Part shown: piece by piece, positions 1-9,751 of the stretch
Numbering within the stretch: position 1 is the first letter of the stretch
Layout: the number at the start of each line of letters is the position of its first letter
Origin: an uncultured Candidatus Saccharibacteria bacterium
Lineage (GTDB): Bacteria; Patescibacteriota; Saccharimonadia; Saccharimonadales; Saccharimonadaceae
Assembly (NCBI GenBank): GCA_963526735.1
Contig: CAURNU010000003.1
Span: 62,530-126,529, forward strand
Direction of reading: 5' to 3'
DNA: 64,000 bases
Notes under the pieces: model-generated
Told to the model about the DNA's origin: nothing
Database searches by the model: none
What the model saw: the letters and a program-made list of their open reading frames with translations, nothing else
Translations under genes and position numbers: made by a program

Positions 1-881
1 GCAATGCTTGGCTATCGCTAGCGGCAATTTTGATTATGACGATCACCTTGCTGATTATCTTTTTGGCTGTAGCATCAAACAATATCTTAAAAGACACTGT
101 CAATTCGATTCGCGATCGAGTTCAAATGTCGATTTATGTCAAAAACACAATTGATGAAATAACAGCTCAACAGATTAAATACGATATCGAAAAAATACCA
201 GGCGTAATCGCTGTGGAATATATTTCATCAGCTCAGGCGCGTAAGGATATTACTAACGGCAATGTTGATGATAAAGGCTTTATTGACGCGATTAACGAAG
301 CTAAGAATAAATTACCATCAACTTATCGGGTTAAAATCACTGACATTAACGATCCATCGAAACTCGAGAGCTACACGAAAGACAATGATTTGATTAAAAA
401 ATGGCTTGATCCGAAACAACCACCGTCTTTTTCATCATCATCACGCACAGCGATAGATAATATTGCGAAGCACGCTGATTTTGCCGAAAAAGCCGGTGTG
501 GCGGTAGCAGTGATTTTTACGGCGGTAGCGGCGCTAGTGGTGTTTAACACCATTCGTATGGCGATTTTTAACCGTAAAGACGAGATTTATATGATGCGCT
601 TAATCGGTGCAGAGCCAAGCTTTGTTCGTAGTCCGTTTGTGGTAGAGGCGGTACTTAATGGTGTTATTTCGGCAATTATCGCCACTTCCACTGGGCTGGT
701 GCTATTTGACTTGGCAAAAGATAAAATCTCATCTTATGGCGTCGAAATTGCACAAACGATTGAGTTTGCAACTAAGCATTGGTATCTGGTGTATGGTGTG
801 ATGATTGGGGCGGGGATTTTGATCGGTATTTTCTCGTCGTTCCTCGCGACCGGTAAATATTTAAAAGAAAAGCATAACTAG
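1..881 (+). CDS. ftsX: Cell-division permease-like protein FtsX (5' end cut by window edge)
   Basis: The reading frame is open from nt 3; the track ORF starts at TTG 30. Layout is one N-terminal TM, an extracytoplasmic domain of about 110 aa, then three C-terminal TM helices, as in FtsX. It is followed by a coiled-coil CHAP hydrolase, as in FtsEX-PcsB modules. Confidence 0.75.
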   Translation, partial: NAWLSLAAILIMTITLLIIFLAVASNNILKDTVNSIRDRVQMSIYVKNTIDEITAQQIKYDIEKIPGVIAVEYISSAQARKDITNGNVDDKGFIDAINEAKNKLPSTYRVKITDINDPSKLESYTKDNDLIKKWLDPKQPPSFSSSSRTAIDNIAKHADFAEKAGVAVAVIFTAVAALVVFNTIRMAIFNRKDEIYMMRLIGAEPSFVRSPFVVEAVLNGVISAIIATSTGLVLFDLAKDKISSYGVEIAQTIEFATKHWYLVYGVMIGAGILIGIFSSFLATGKYLKEKHN

Positions 882-916
882 CACCGTAGTTGTAAAAACT
901 ACACGTTGGTTAGAGC

Positions 917-946
917 TTGACTTTTGCGAAGTGCTTATGGTATAAT
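917..946 (+). promoter_or_regulatory. Sigma-70-type promoter for the CHAP hydrolase gene
   Basis: TTGACT (917-922), 18-nt spacer, TATAAT (941-946), 48 nt upstream of ATG 995. Confidence 0.5.
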
Positions 947-994
947 TTAAGACATAAAAAACTGCGACGAAAATAAAAAATAGCGAGAGTTATA

Positions 995-2128
995 ATGACC
1001 AACTACAAAAAACATAAAATTTTCCATAAAGCCCTGCTGATTATTACAGCGATTGTTATTACAGCATCTGGATTATCGTTAAATCATATCTTGTTTAATA
1101 ATCGAGCACGAGCGGACGTTTTTGACGAAAAAATTCGTCAATTGCGTGAAAATAATAAATACTACGAATCACAGGCTTATGACTTGCGTAAAAAAGCCGA
1201 GTCGCTTGAGGCGGAAGTGGCATTTATCAATGAGCAAAAAGCCCAAATTCAGGTGGCAATTAATCAGATTAGTGCCCGGATTGATGCTTTAAATAAAGAA
1301 ATTACCGCTCTCGAAAAATCGATTGCTGATAACCGCGAGGCGCTAGGTGATGTGATTGCTAAAATCTATCTCTCGAGTCAGGTATCGACCATTGAGCGCC
1401 TAGCTAGTTCCAGGGCAATTACTGATTTTATCGATGAAGAAGCGCAGAACCAAACTCTCCGTCAGAATCTGAGTATTAAGCTTAAAGAAATCAAACAACA
1501 GCGTGAAGATGTTGGTGCTAAAAAAGCTGAACAAGTCAAAGTTCTCGAAGAACAACAAAAGCAAATGGCTGCTCAAGTATCACTTGAGAATGAAAAACAG
1601 CGTATTTTAAATCAAACTAAGGGCGACGAAAATCTCTATCGTCAGATGACCGAGGAGAACAACGCGCGTATCGAAAAACTGCGGGCTGAGCAGATTGAGG
1701 CTAACCGAATTGCCAACGCTGGCTTTAATATTCCAAAAGGTATTCCAGGTGGCGGTGGCTATCCGGGTCAGTGGGCGAATGCGCCACTTGACGCTTATGT
1801 CGATCCATGGGGACTGTATACTCGCGAATGTGTGAGTTATGTTGCGTGGAAGGTATATAGTACCGGTCGATTTGTTCCGCATTTCGGCGGTCGGGGTAAC
1901 GCTAATCAATGGCCATCAACGACGGCTCGCCATGGTATTCCACAAGGTCGTCAGCCAAAAGTTGGCGCTGCCGCTGTCTTGATGGTTGGCTATTATGGTC
2001 ACGTGATGTATGTTGAAGCGGTACATGGTGATGGCACGATTACAGTCAGTGACTATAACTTGAACTGGGACGGTTTGTATCGTATTTACAGGCGTTCAGC
2101 CTCTGGTTTGACTTATATTTACTTTTAA
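995..2128 (+). CDS. Coiled-coil CHAP-domain peptidoglycan hydrolase (PcsB/EnvC-like FtsEX partner)
   Basis: N-terminal membrane anchor, then about 220 aa of heptad-rich coiled coil. The C-terminal CHAP domain has the catalytic Cys (YTRECVSYVAWKV) and His (YYGHVMYVEAV). It lies directly downstream of ftsX. Confidence 0.75.
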   Translation: MTNYKKHKIFHKALLIITAIVITASGLSLNHILFNNRARADVFDEKIRQLRENNKYYESQAYDLRKKAESLEAEVAFINEQKAQIQVAINQISARIDALNKEITALEKSIADNREALGDVIAKIYLSSQVSTIERLASSRAITDFIDEEAQNQTLRQNLSIKLKEIKQQREDVGAKKAEQVKVLEEQQKQMAAQVSLENEKQRILNQTKGDENLYRQMTEENNARIEKLRAEQIEANRIANAGFNIPKGIPGGGGYPGQWANAPLDAYVDPWGLYTRECVSYVAWKVYSTGRFVPHFGGRGNANQWPSTTARHGIPQGRQPKVGAAAVLMVGYYGHVMYVEAVHGDGTITVSDYNLNWDGLYRIYRRSASGLTYIYF

Positions 2129-2270
2129 AACTGCTTTTTAGTCATAATTTCCGTCCTTGTTGTTTTAAACACAACCTTAAAAGGGCGGATTTTTTGTGGT
2201 AAAAATGCTACAATAAAATGAGTGATAAAAAGCGTGGATGCCTTTTTAGGTGCGTGAAAACAGGAGTAAA

Positions 2271-3476
2271 ATGAATCAACCATCGACAAAACGAACGATT
2301 GCTATTGATAAAACTAATTTACTAATTATATTAGTGATTGTGTTTGTACTGGGTTTTAGTTTTGGAGACCGCAGTCATACAATTTTTAATTACGTTGGCA
2401 AAATGTTTGGATTTAGGATTAACCAAACTGAACTTGACTACAAAACTTTAGATCAGACTTATGCGACTTTGAAGCAAAAATTTGACGGAAAAATTGATCT
2501 ACAGACGCTAATTGAGGGTGCGAACAAAGGTCTGGTTGGAGCGCTAGGCGATCGTCATACAGTTTATTTAACACCAAAAGAAGCCGAGCAATTTAACAAA
2601 AACCTCGAGGGCGATATTGGTGGTGGTATTGGCGCGGAAGTTGGGATTCGTAAGGAGTTGATTACGATTATCCGCCCGCTGAAAGATAGTCCAGCACTGA
2701 AGGCTGGAGTGCAAGCCGGCGATGTTGTTTATAAGGTCAACGATGAAGAGGTTGGAAGTCAGACACTCGACCAAGTAATTCAAAAAATTCGTGGTAAACC
2801 TGGCACGGAAGTTAAACTAACTGTTGCACGCAAAAATCATTCACAACTAATCGATATTAAAATTACACGTCAAACCATCAACAATCCAAGCGTCAATTTG
2901 GAAATCAAAGGTGATGTGGCAGTCTTAACGGTGTCGCGTTTTGATAAACAAACAGCAGTGTTGGCACGTCAAGAAGCTGAAAAAATCAAAGCTCAAGGTA
3001 TTTCTAAAGTTGTTCTTGATTTGCGGGGGAATTCTGGTGGCTATTTGACGGCGGCACGTGATTTAGCCGGGTTATGGCTGGATGGTCAGCTAGTGGTGAG
3101 TGAGCGGATTGGTGATAAAACTGTCCAGGAATTTTTCTCGAAAAAAGGTGATAATATCCTGGCAAACACCAAAACTGTTATCTTGATGAACGCTGGTTCA
3201 GCTAGCGCTAGTGAAATCGTCATCGGTGCGCTCAAAGATTATAAAAAAGCTACTTTAGTTGGCGAAACTAGTTTCGGCAAGGGTAGTGTCCAGGAGCTAG
3301 CAAATCTACCAAATGGTGGTCAGCTCAAAGTGACGGTCGCACGATGGTATACGCCACAAGGTCAAAATATTGACGGACAAGGCATCAAACCAGACAAAGA
3401 AGTCGAGCTGAAAGCTGATGACTGGCAAAATGACCGTGATCCACAGCTTCAGACGGCGCTTGATATGCTAAAATAA
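2271..3476 (+). CDS. S41 family C-terminal processing peptidase with PDZ domain
   Basis: S41 motifs GNSGGYL, SASASEI (Ser) and FGKGSVQ (Lys), plus a PDZ-like segment (VQAGDVVYKVNDEEV). ATG 2271 follows AGGAG; the track ORF begins at the in-frame GTG 2250. Confidence 0.8.
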   Translation: MNQPSTKRTIAIDKTNLLIILVIVFVLGFSFGDRSHTIFNYVGKMFGFRINQTELDYKTLDQTYATLKQKFDGKIDLQTLIEGANKGLVGALGDRHTVYLTPKEAEQFNKNLEGDIGGGIGAEVGIRKELITIIRPLKDSPALKAGVQAGDVVYKVNDEEVGSQTLDQVIQKIRGKPGTEVKLTVARKNHSQLIDIKITRQTINNPSVNLEIKGDVAVLTVSRFDKQTAVLARQEAEKIKAQGISKVVLDLRGNSGGYLTAARDLAGLWLDGQLVVSERIGDKTVQEFFSKKGDNILANTKTVILMNAGSASASEIVIGALKDYKKATLVGETSFGKGSVQELANLPNGGQLKVTVARWYTPQGQNIDGQGIKPDKEVELKADDWQNDRDPQLQTALDMLK

Positions 3477-3520
3477 GCTTTAAGTAATAGATATTACAGA
3501 GAATGAGGTATAATTAAAAC

Positions 3521-3967
3521 ATGATTGTGTACACTGATGGATCGGCTAGTCCAAATCCTGGCCCGGGCGGTTTTGCGGTAATTGACCAACATGGTCAACC
3601 GCTAGCTTTGGGGCGAGAAGCACATTCGACTAATATTCGGATGGAAGCAGTGGCGATTATTGAGGCGCTAAAATTAGCTGATGGCCAACCGATTAAGATT
3701 TATACCGATAGTCAGTTTTGGATTAATGTTTTAACGCAATGGGCGCCAACTTGGGCCAAAAATAATTGGACGAAGAAAAAAGGCGAGATTAAAAACCTTG
3801 ATTTAGTCCAAACTGCTTTTGAGCTGTATCAACAGTCACAGGCGACCTTAATTTGGGTGAAGGGACATAGTGACAATCAGCTCAACGCTCAAGCTGATTA
3901 CTGGGCGAATCAAGCGCGCCAGGGAATAACTTTAACCGAAGCAAAGGAGAAAATATGCGCAAATTAG
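3521..3967 (+). CDS. rnhA: Ribonuclease HI
   Basis: MIVYTDGSASPNPGPGG (Asp), TNIRMEAVAIIEAL (Glu), IYTDSQF (Asp), GHSDNQLNAQADYWAN (His/Asp). This is the canonical RNase H1 catalytic set. Confidence 0.85.
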   Translation: MIVYTDGSASPNPGPGGFAVIDQHGQPLALGREAHSTNIRMEAVAIIEALKLADGQPIKIYTDSQFWINVLTQWAPTWAKNNWTKKKGEIKNLDLVQTAFELYQQSQATLIWVKGHSDNQLNAQADYWANQARQGITLTEAKEKICAN

Positions 3968-4488
3968 CTATCAAAGTTAAAATCAATGATTCGGTGGCGA
4001 TTAGCAAAGCATTATACGATGCTGGTCGCAAACTAGGCGATGAATATCAGCAATTTGATCGAGTGTTTATGCCACGTGGTTATCAAAAAGCCTATTCAGA
4101 CCCATCGGTGGCACCACAGCTGATTATTCGTACTAATACGATTGCCGGCCAAATTAGCCATATGATGATTTTAAAACGCCCGGTTAATCCTAATTTGACG
4201 TATTTTTTTCAGACACAGGTGATGGATTATAATCAAACTGCGCATATCGTCAGCAATATGGGTTACGAGCTTCACACGGAAGTACCAAAACGGCGCCGTA
4301 AACTACTAATTGGTAGCGTAGTACTATATCTTGACTACATTGATGGCCACGGCTGGTTTTTAAAAATTGAAAAAAATCTCAAAAACCACGAAACCGATAA
4401 TACTGACGATTTATGGAAAATCCTTGAATCGCTCGGTGTACAACAAGTCGAGGCAGTCGGACGTTACAGTGAAATAATTAAACAATAG
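3955..4488 (+). CDS. CYTH-like (class IV adenylate cyclase / triphosphate tunnel fold) protein, atypical N-terminal motif
   Basis: The size (177 aa) and the C-terminal strand pattern RRRKLLIGSVVLYLDYIDGHGWFLKIEK resemble CyaB/CYTH proteins. The N-terminal ExExK motif is replaced by AIKVKI. It overlaps rnhA by 13 nt. Confidence 0.4.
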   Translation: MRKLAIKVKINDSVAISKALYDAGRKLGDEYQQFDRVFMPRGYQKAYSDPSVAPQLIIRTNTIAGQISHMMILKRPVNPNLTYFFQTQVMDYNQTAHIVSNMGYELHTEVPKRRRKLLIGSVVLYLDYIDGHGWFLKIEKNLKNHETDNTDDLWKILESLGVQQVEAVGRYSEIIKQ

Positions 4489-4497
4489 GAGAAGAAT

Positions 4498-5514
4498 ATG
4501 ACCTTAGATACCAACGACCAAGATTTAAAAGCTAGCGAAAAAGTGACTGTCGGTTTTGATTTGTTTAACTGGGCGAATAATATCGAGCGTTTCAAAAAAG
4601 AACTTGATATGGAAGTGCTGGTGATTAACAAGCACTTTACACCATTTCGGCTCAATCTCGATCAGGATTTAGATAACCAAACCCGAACAATTTTCTTGTA
4701 CGAGCTGGTTAATTTTATTAATAAGGGCGCCGAGATTGGGCTAGAGGTCCGGCAATTTGAAATGGAAGAAGCCTCAAAAGATGTTGTGCTTTATACAACA
4801 CTAAACCGTGTGGAGCGGGCTAGCTATTTGCTAGACTTCCTGAAAAACCGCTACGGTGAAGTCGTTGATTTTAATAACAGCGAGCATGAATTCCGCTTAA
4901 TGAAAGCGATTGTGGTGAAGTTTACCCATAAAACGGGTGAAGTTGAACCGTTTTATATTATTAAACAATTGGCGTCGTCGCAGGCAGTGTCGGGCACGAC
5001 TGCTTGGCAAATCAACAGTTCAAAAGTCGAAGCGTTTGCAAGCGATGTCAGCTTAAAACCACCACTTGATAACCAAATGCTATTAGTCGATAACCAGATT
5101 TTTGTGTTTAATCAGGCGAAATTTGAGCGTTTGTTTAATTACGATTACAAAAAACAACTAGTGGCGGAAGAAAAAGTTCGGGCGATTGAACAACACTTTA
5201 AACTGAGTTTTCCAGAGGGCGTATCAATGAATATGCTGATTAAAGAGCGCAAAAAGACGCTCGCTAAAATCCAAAAACTCGACGTCGATTTCCCGATGAA
5301 TCAAGAGGAATTGATTGAATATGCCGATGAAATGCAGTTGGAATTGATGACCGATGACCAGGGTGCGATTATTATTCTCGATGGTAATGATTTGGATATG
5401 TTTATTGGACTGCTTAACGAAGATTATATGGTCAGTACCGTCACAAACCGTCGTTATGAAATCACTGCCAAAAAAGCCATGAATGCTCCTGATGGTGAAC
5501 CGCCACGAGGCTAA
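4498..5514 (+). CDS. Hypothetical protein, possibly DUF4868/KwaB-like
   Basis: A long ORF tightly coupled to both neighbours. The segment LLVDNQIFVFNQAKFERLFNYDYKKQ recalls the DUF4868 core pattern. This is recalled from memory only and has not been searched. Confidence 0.4.
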   Translation: MTLDTNDQDLKASEKVTVGFDLFNWANNIERFKKELDMEVLVINKHFTPFRLNLDQDLDNQTRTIFLYELVNFINKGAEIGLEVRQFEMEEASKDVVLYTTLNRVERASYLLDFLKNRYGEVVDFNNSEHEFRLMKAIVVKFTHKTGEVEPFYIIKQLASSQAVSGTTAWQINSSKVEAFASDVSLKPPLDNQMLLVDNQIFVFNQAKFERLFNYDYKKQLVAEEKVRAIEQHFKLSFPEGVSMNMLIKERKKTLAKIQKLDVDFPMNQEELIEYADEMQLELMTDDQGAIIILDGNDLDMFIGLLNEDYMVSTVTNRRYEITAKKAMNAPDGEPPRG

Positions 5515-5517
5515 GAC

Positions 5518-6798
5518 ATGGATCAAGCGCAAGCTCTGAAGATTTTAAACTCCGGTCGCTCAGTGCTAATTACTGGTCGAGCTGGTTCGGGTAAGACTTA
5601 TTTACTAAATCAGTTTATCAAGGCTCAGCGTCAAGCTGGCAAGGTATTGGCAATTACCGCAACGACTGGTCTGGCAGCGACTCATATTGGCGGTGAGACG
5701 ATTCATCGTTGGAGTAAAATTGGTGTTCATGACCGATTGCCGGCTACTTTTTTTCAAAAGCTAACTACCAAAGATCGCCAGCGTCTGTTAGAAGTCGATA
5801 CGTTAATTATTGACGAAATTAGTATGTTATCAGATCAGCAATTTGACATGATCAATCAGGTATTAAAGGTCGTTCGTAGTTCAACAGCGCCATTTGGTGG
5901 AGTGCAAGTGGTGATGAGTGGCGATTTCTTCCAGTTGCCACCGATTAAGCGTCAGATTGTTCAACTCGATGTATTTAGCGATGGGGCTGGGGCGGGGTTT
6001 GTGACGAGCTCGCGGGCTTATCAGGAGCTGGCGCCGACGGTGTGCTACCTAGAGAGTCAGTTTCGCCAGTCAGACAATGATTTATTAAGTGTGTTAGAGG
6101 CGATTCGGACCGGTAATTTTGATGAGTATGAATTTGAATTTTTAAAAAGTCGCCTGCATCAAAAGCCAACTGAAGCTGACGGCGTGGTGACGAATTTACA
6201 TACCTCAAACATGGATGTTGACCGAGTGAATAGTATTAGTTTGGCGCGGATTCGTAATGATTTAGTTAGTTATCAGATGATGGGCAGTGGTAATCGTTAC
6301 GGTCTGGAAGTGCTGAAAAAATCAGTGCTCGCCCCGGAACAGCTTGATTTGAAATTGGGTGCGGAAGTGATGGCCATTAAAAACGATGCTAAATTGCGGT
6401 TTGTCAACGGTAGTCTTGGTAAAGTGGTTGATTTTGCCCTTAAAGAAGGCAAGCGTTTGCCGGTGGTGGAGTTTAACTCTGGTCGGCAGGCGCTAATTGA
6501 ACCAGATAGCTGGGATTTGACCGAAAATGATGCGAAAGTGGCAAGTGTTGCGCAATTACCACTACGCTTAGCTTATGCGATTACAATTCACAAAGCACAG
6601 GGCATGACCCTGGATAAAGCCAAGATCAATCTGGCCAAGGCTTTTACGCCGGGGATGGGGTATGTGGCTTTGTCACGAGTACGACGACTGGAGGACTTGT
6701 ATCTGATGGGCATTAATCAAATGGCGCTGACTGTTTCAGAAGAGGCGCACCAGCTTGATGAAGACCTTAAGCGTCAATCGCGCATGGAAAAAGTTTAG
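5518..6798 (+). CDS. Pif1/RecD-family SF1B DNA helicase
   Basis: Walker A GRAGSGKT, motif Ia TATTGLAA, Walker B LIIDEISM, motif III GDFFQLPPI, and C-terminal ITIHKAQGMTLD and YVALSRVRRLEDLYL. Confidence 0.85.
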   Translation: MDQAQALKILNSGRSVLITGRAGSGKTYLLNQFIKAQRQAGKVLAITATTGLAATHIGGETIHRWSKIGVHDRLPATFFQKLTTKDRQRLLEVDTLIIDEISMLSDQQFDMINQVLKVVRSSTAPFGGVQVVMSGDFFQLPPIKRQIVQLDVFSDGAGAGFVTSSRAYQELAPTVCYLESQFRQSDNDLLSVLEAIRTGNFDEYEFEFLKSRLHQKPTEADGVVTNLHTSNMDVDRVNSISLARIRNDLVSYQMMGSGNRYGLEVLKKSVLAPEQLDLKLGAEVMAIKNDAKLRFVNGSLGKVVDFALKEGKRLPVVEFNSGRQALIEPDSWDLTENDAKVASVAQLPLRLAYAITIHKAQGMTLDKAKINLAKAFTPGMGYVALSRVRRLEDLYLMGINQMALTVSEEAHQLDEDLKRQSRMEKV

Positions 6799-6831
6799 AC
6801 AAGTGAGTATAGGGTGTGCTACACTAAAATC

Positions 6832-7863
6832 ATGAATAATAATCCATTTCGACCTGATGAGGTCAAAATTGCGGTCATCGGTGGAGGAACTGGTAGTTTT
6901 ACTTTACTCTCAGCGCTCAAAAAACACACCAGTCAGATTGCCGCGCTTGTGAATATGGCTGATGATGGTGGCTCAACCGGCCAACTACGTGATGAATTAG
7001 GAGTTTTGCCGCCTGGTGATGTTCGGCAGTGTCTAGTGGCATTGTCGCGTTTTCCAGAGGTGCGTGATTTGTTTAATTATCGGTTTGAAGCTGGTAGTTT
7101 TAAAGGGCATGCGTTCGGTAATTTATTCCTGACGGCACTCGAAAAAATGAAAGGCGACTTCGCAGAAGGGGTGAAGCTAGCTGGTAAAGTGTTAAACATT
7201 ATCGGTACTGTTGAACCAATTACTCTTAACAACGTCACTTTAATGATTGAAGATGACAAAAAGGTAATCAAAGGTGAGTATCGAATCAGCGAAAAACGCT
7301 TTGCTCAGGCGCGACCAAAAATCTGGCTAGAACCACATGCTGAGGCTAACCCAATGGCAATTGGAGCAATTATGAACGCCGATATGGTGGTGATTGCGCC
7401 CGGCAACTTATATAGTAGCTTAGCGCCAGCTCTGCTGGTTGACGGTGTTGGTGAAGCCCTCAAAAGCTCCCGTGCGCTTAAAGTTTATGTATGTAATCTC
7501 ATGACTAAACCTGGGCAAACCGATGGTTTCATGGTGCAGGATTTTGCGAGTGAAATTGAGCGAATTGCTGGCACGGAGTTTTTAGATGTAGTGGTGTTTA
7601 ATACTGAAATCCCAACCGATGAGCTGATCAAAAAATATGCTCGCGATGGCGAATTGTCAGTTGGTTATGATGAACTGGACTTGCTTGAGCAGAATTATCA
7701 GGCACTCGGTGCGAAACTGCTCTCGAGCCAAGTATGGCAACCGGTCAGTAAAGCCGACCCGATTGCCTCTAGTCGCACGCTGATTCGTCACGATTCTGAT
7801 TTAATTGCTAAGACGTTGCTGGAAGTGTATAAAACTTACAATTTACAGCGCAATGGTGAATAA
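6832..7863 (+). CDS. yvcK: YvcK/CofD-like (UPF0052) gluconeogenesis/cell-shape factor
   Basis: IAVIGGGTGSFTLLSALK and NMADDGGSTGQLRDELGVLPPGDVRQCL signatures. ATG 6832 is preferred over the in-frame GTG 6814. Confidence 0.8.
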   Translation: MNNNPFRPDEVKIAVIGGGTGSFTLLSALKKHTSQIAALVNMADDGGSTGQLRDELGVLPPGDVRQCLVALSRFPEVRDLFNYRFEAGSFKGHAFGNLFLTALEKMKGDFAEGVKLAGKVLNIIGTVEPITLNNVTLMIEDDKKVIKGEYRISEKRFAQARPKIWLEPHAEANPMAIGAIMNADMVVIAPGNLYSSLAPALLVDGVGEALKSSRALKVYVCNLMTKPGQTDGFMVQDFASEIERIAGTEFLDVVVFNTEIPTDELIKKYARDGELSVGYDELDLLEQNYQALGAKLLSSQVWQPVSKADPIASSRTLIRHDSDLIAKTLLEVYKTYNLQRNGE

Positions 7864-8419
7864 ACTATTTGTTTTGCTGGATTTTGATCGGACACTAGCT
7901 GATACTGATCAGCTGAAATATGATTTTGATCAGCTTTTGGCGCGTGGTTTATCACTTGAATCAGCACTGATGGACTTTGGGCAAACGCATCAGACATTAC
8001 AAGCAGGACAAAAGTACTTATTGCCTGGGGCGATAGAATTGTTGAGTTTTTTACAACAGCAGGTAATTCCGCATGGTATTTTAACCTATGGTCAAGCTGA
8101 CTGGCAACGGGCAAAAATATTGGCTACGGGATTAGCTGATTTACCAGTTGTGATCACTGATCGTACCGATAAGGGTACATTGATTGCCAGTTGGCGTCAG
8201 GCAAGTGGAACTTATCAGCTACCGCCTGAGCTGGGTGGGCGATTTGTTGAGCGGATTATGCTGATTGATGATAAAATCTATTCCTTTGATGGTTTGCCGG
8301 CTGATGCTTTAGGGCTGTATTGTGGAGGCGAACAAGCTGAAAACCTGCCACGCAATGTTCAGTCAATTGCCAACTTAAGCGAAGCACAGGATTACATCGG
8401 TCAGCTTCTAGGTTATTAG
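7853..8419 (+). CDS. HAD-superfamily hydrolase-like protein
   Basis: N-terminal DxD motif (VLLDFDRTLADT) and a later LIDDK motif. ATG 7853 overlaps the end of yvcK by 11 nt; the track ORF starts further upstream, inside yvcK. Confidence 0.55.
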   Translation: MVNKLFVLLDFDRTLADTDQLKYDFDQLLARGLSLESALMDFGQTHQTLQAGQKYLLPGAIELLSFLQQQVIPHGILTYGQADWQRAKILATGLADLPVVITDRTDKGTLIASWRQASGTYQLPPELGGRFVERIMLIDDKIYSFDGLPADALGLYCGGEQAENLPRNVQSIANLSEAQDYIGQLLGY

Positions 8420-8425
8420 TTAACT

Positions 8426-8457
8426 AAAAATGCCCAGCGTGATGCTGGGCATTTTTT
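8426..8457. terminator. Bidirectional rho-independent terminator
   Basis: AAAAATGCCCAGC-GTGAT-GCTGGGCATTTTTT lies between the convergent HAD-like gene and rpmA. Confidence 0.75.
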
Positions 8458-8471
8458 AGATTAAAGAGTGA

Positions 8472-8744
8472 TTATTTAACGCAAACTTGGGTGCGTGGTA
8501 CGGTTTTACCGCTGAAGCGAGTTTTCTTGATTTTTTTGAACTCGACAACACCAGCTTTAGCAGCGTGGATAGTGTAGTTTCGGCTCATCAAAGTGCCTTC
8601 ACCAGCGATTTTGGTTGCGCCAGTTTGACGAACAAGCACTTCACCTTCGTTAACTTTTTGACCACCGAATCGTTTGACGCCCAACCGTTGTCCAGGCGAG
8701 TCGTGGATGTTCTTACTTGAGCCACCGGCTTTAACTTTTGACAT
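8472..8744 (-). CDS. rpmA: 50S ribosomal protein L27
   Basis: MSKVKAGGSSKNIHDSPGQRLGVKRFGGQKV...VRQTG is the canonical L27 N-terminus. Confidence 0.95.
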   Translation of the reverse strand: MSKVKAGGSSKNIHDSPGQRLGVKRFGGQKVNEGEVLVRQTGATKIAGEGTLMSRNYTIHAAKAGVVEFKKIKKTRFSGKTVPRTQVCVK

Positions 8745-8915
8745 TTATTTTCTCCTCACCCCGACTTGGGGTCTTAGTTTTTATAATAACTCGCTATATT
8801 TTACACAATTGTGGTTAAAAAGTCAATAAAAGATTGACAATAACCCAAAAAAGCATCAATTTACGATGATAATGCTATAATAAAACTATAAGTTATAAAT
8901 AATAAAGGAGAATTT

Positions 8916-9683
8916 ATGTCAGACAACGTAAATCCAACTCCGGCTGCGCCAAAATCAACTGCGCCGGTATCCACGAAAATTGATTTCAAAAATATGTGGA
9001 ATTTTCTGAAAAAAACTATCACTAATCCAACCGAAGCTTTGACAAAAGACATCGATGGTTTTGCTGATATCAAAAACAGTGCTATTTTAGCAGGTGTCGT
9101 GGCGCTGATCGGAGCACTCATCAATGTCATCACGGCAATGATTGTTGCTCTCAATAGCTCACGCGTAGTCAAAAGCCTCTTCGGTAGCTCCAAAACCGTT
9201 AAAGAAGGTCTCAACTGGGACGCGCTGGGAAGTGTTGAGTATGGCTCAATTATTTTTAAAGCCATCCTGGCCTATGGTTTGATTATGGCAATTGGCGCTG
9301 GTGTCTATTTTATCGCTAGCTCGGTTGTTAAAAAACAAGCTAACTTTTCAAAACTATTAGCTGTCGTCAGCATTGCTCTGTTGTTTTATCTAGTGCTATC
9401 ACAAATTGTTGGTGCTTTGATTATGAAACTCAGCGTTCAAGTCGGTATGTTTGTGGCAAAAATTGGTTTGATTTATGCTCTCGTCTTAGCTTATGAAGGT
9501 TTGAATTTCCAGATCTTTGGTGACAAAAAAGACCAAGCCAAGATTTTCTTCAACATTGCTAGCCTGGCAGTAATTGCGGTGGTGTTTTATTACATCAACC
9601 GCGAGCTGATGACTGGCGTGACAGCGTCAAATGTCATGGATGGTCTTGACTCGCTCAAATCCCTCGAGAAGCTTTTGAAATAA
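8916..9683 (+). CDS. Multi-pass membrane protein, function unknown
   Basis: About 5 hydrophobic helices follow a polar N-terminus. An AAAGGAG RBS lies upstream. Confidence 0.55.
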   Translation: MSDNVNPTPAAPKSTAPVSTKIDFKNMWNFLKKTITNPTEALTKDIDGFADIKNSAILAGVVALIGALINVITAMIVALNSSRVVKSLFGSSKTVKEGLNWDALGSVEYGSIIFKAILAYGLIMAIGAGVYFIASSVVKKQANFSKLLAVVSIALLFYLVLSQIVGALIMKLSVQVGMFVAKIGLIYALVLAYEGLNFQIFGDKKDQAKIFFNIASLAVIAVVFYYINRELMTGVTASNVMDGLDSLKSLEKLLK

Positions 9684-9700
9684 CTGCATTGAATGCAATA

Positions 9701-9731
9701 AAAACCGCCTCGGGATAACTGAGGTGGTTTT
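9701..9731. terminator. Bidirectional rho-independent terminator
   Basis: AAAACCGCCTC-(9 nt)-GAGGTGGTTTT lies between convergent genes. Confidence 0.6.
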
Positions 9732-9751
9732 GAGTTTGTGATAGTTGATTT

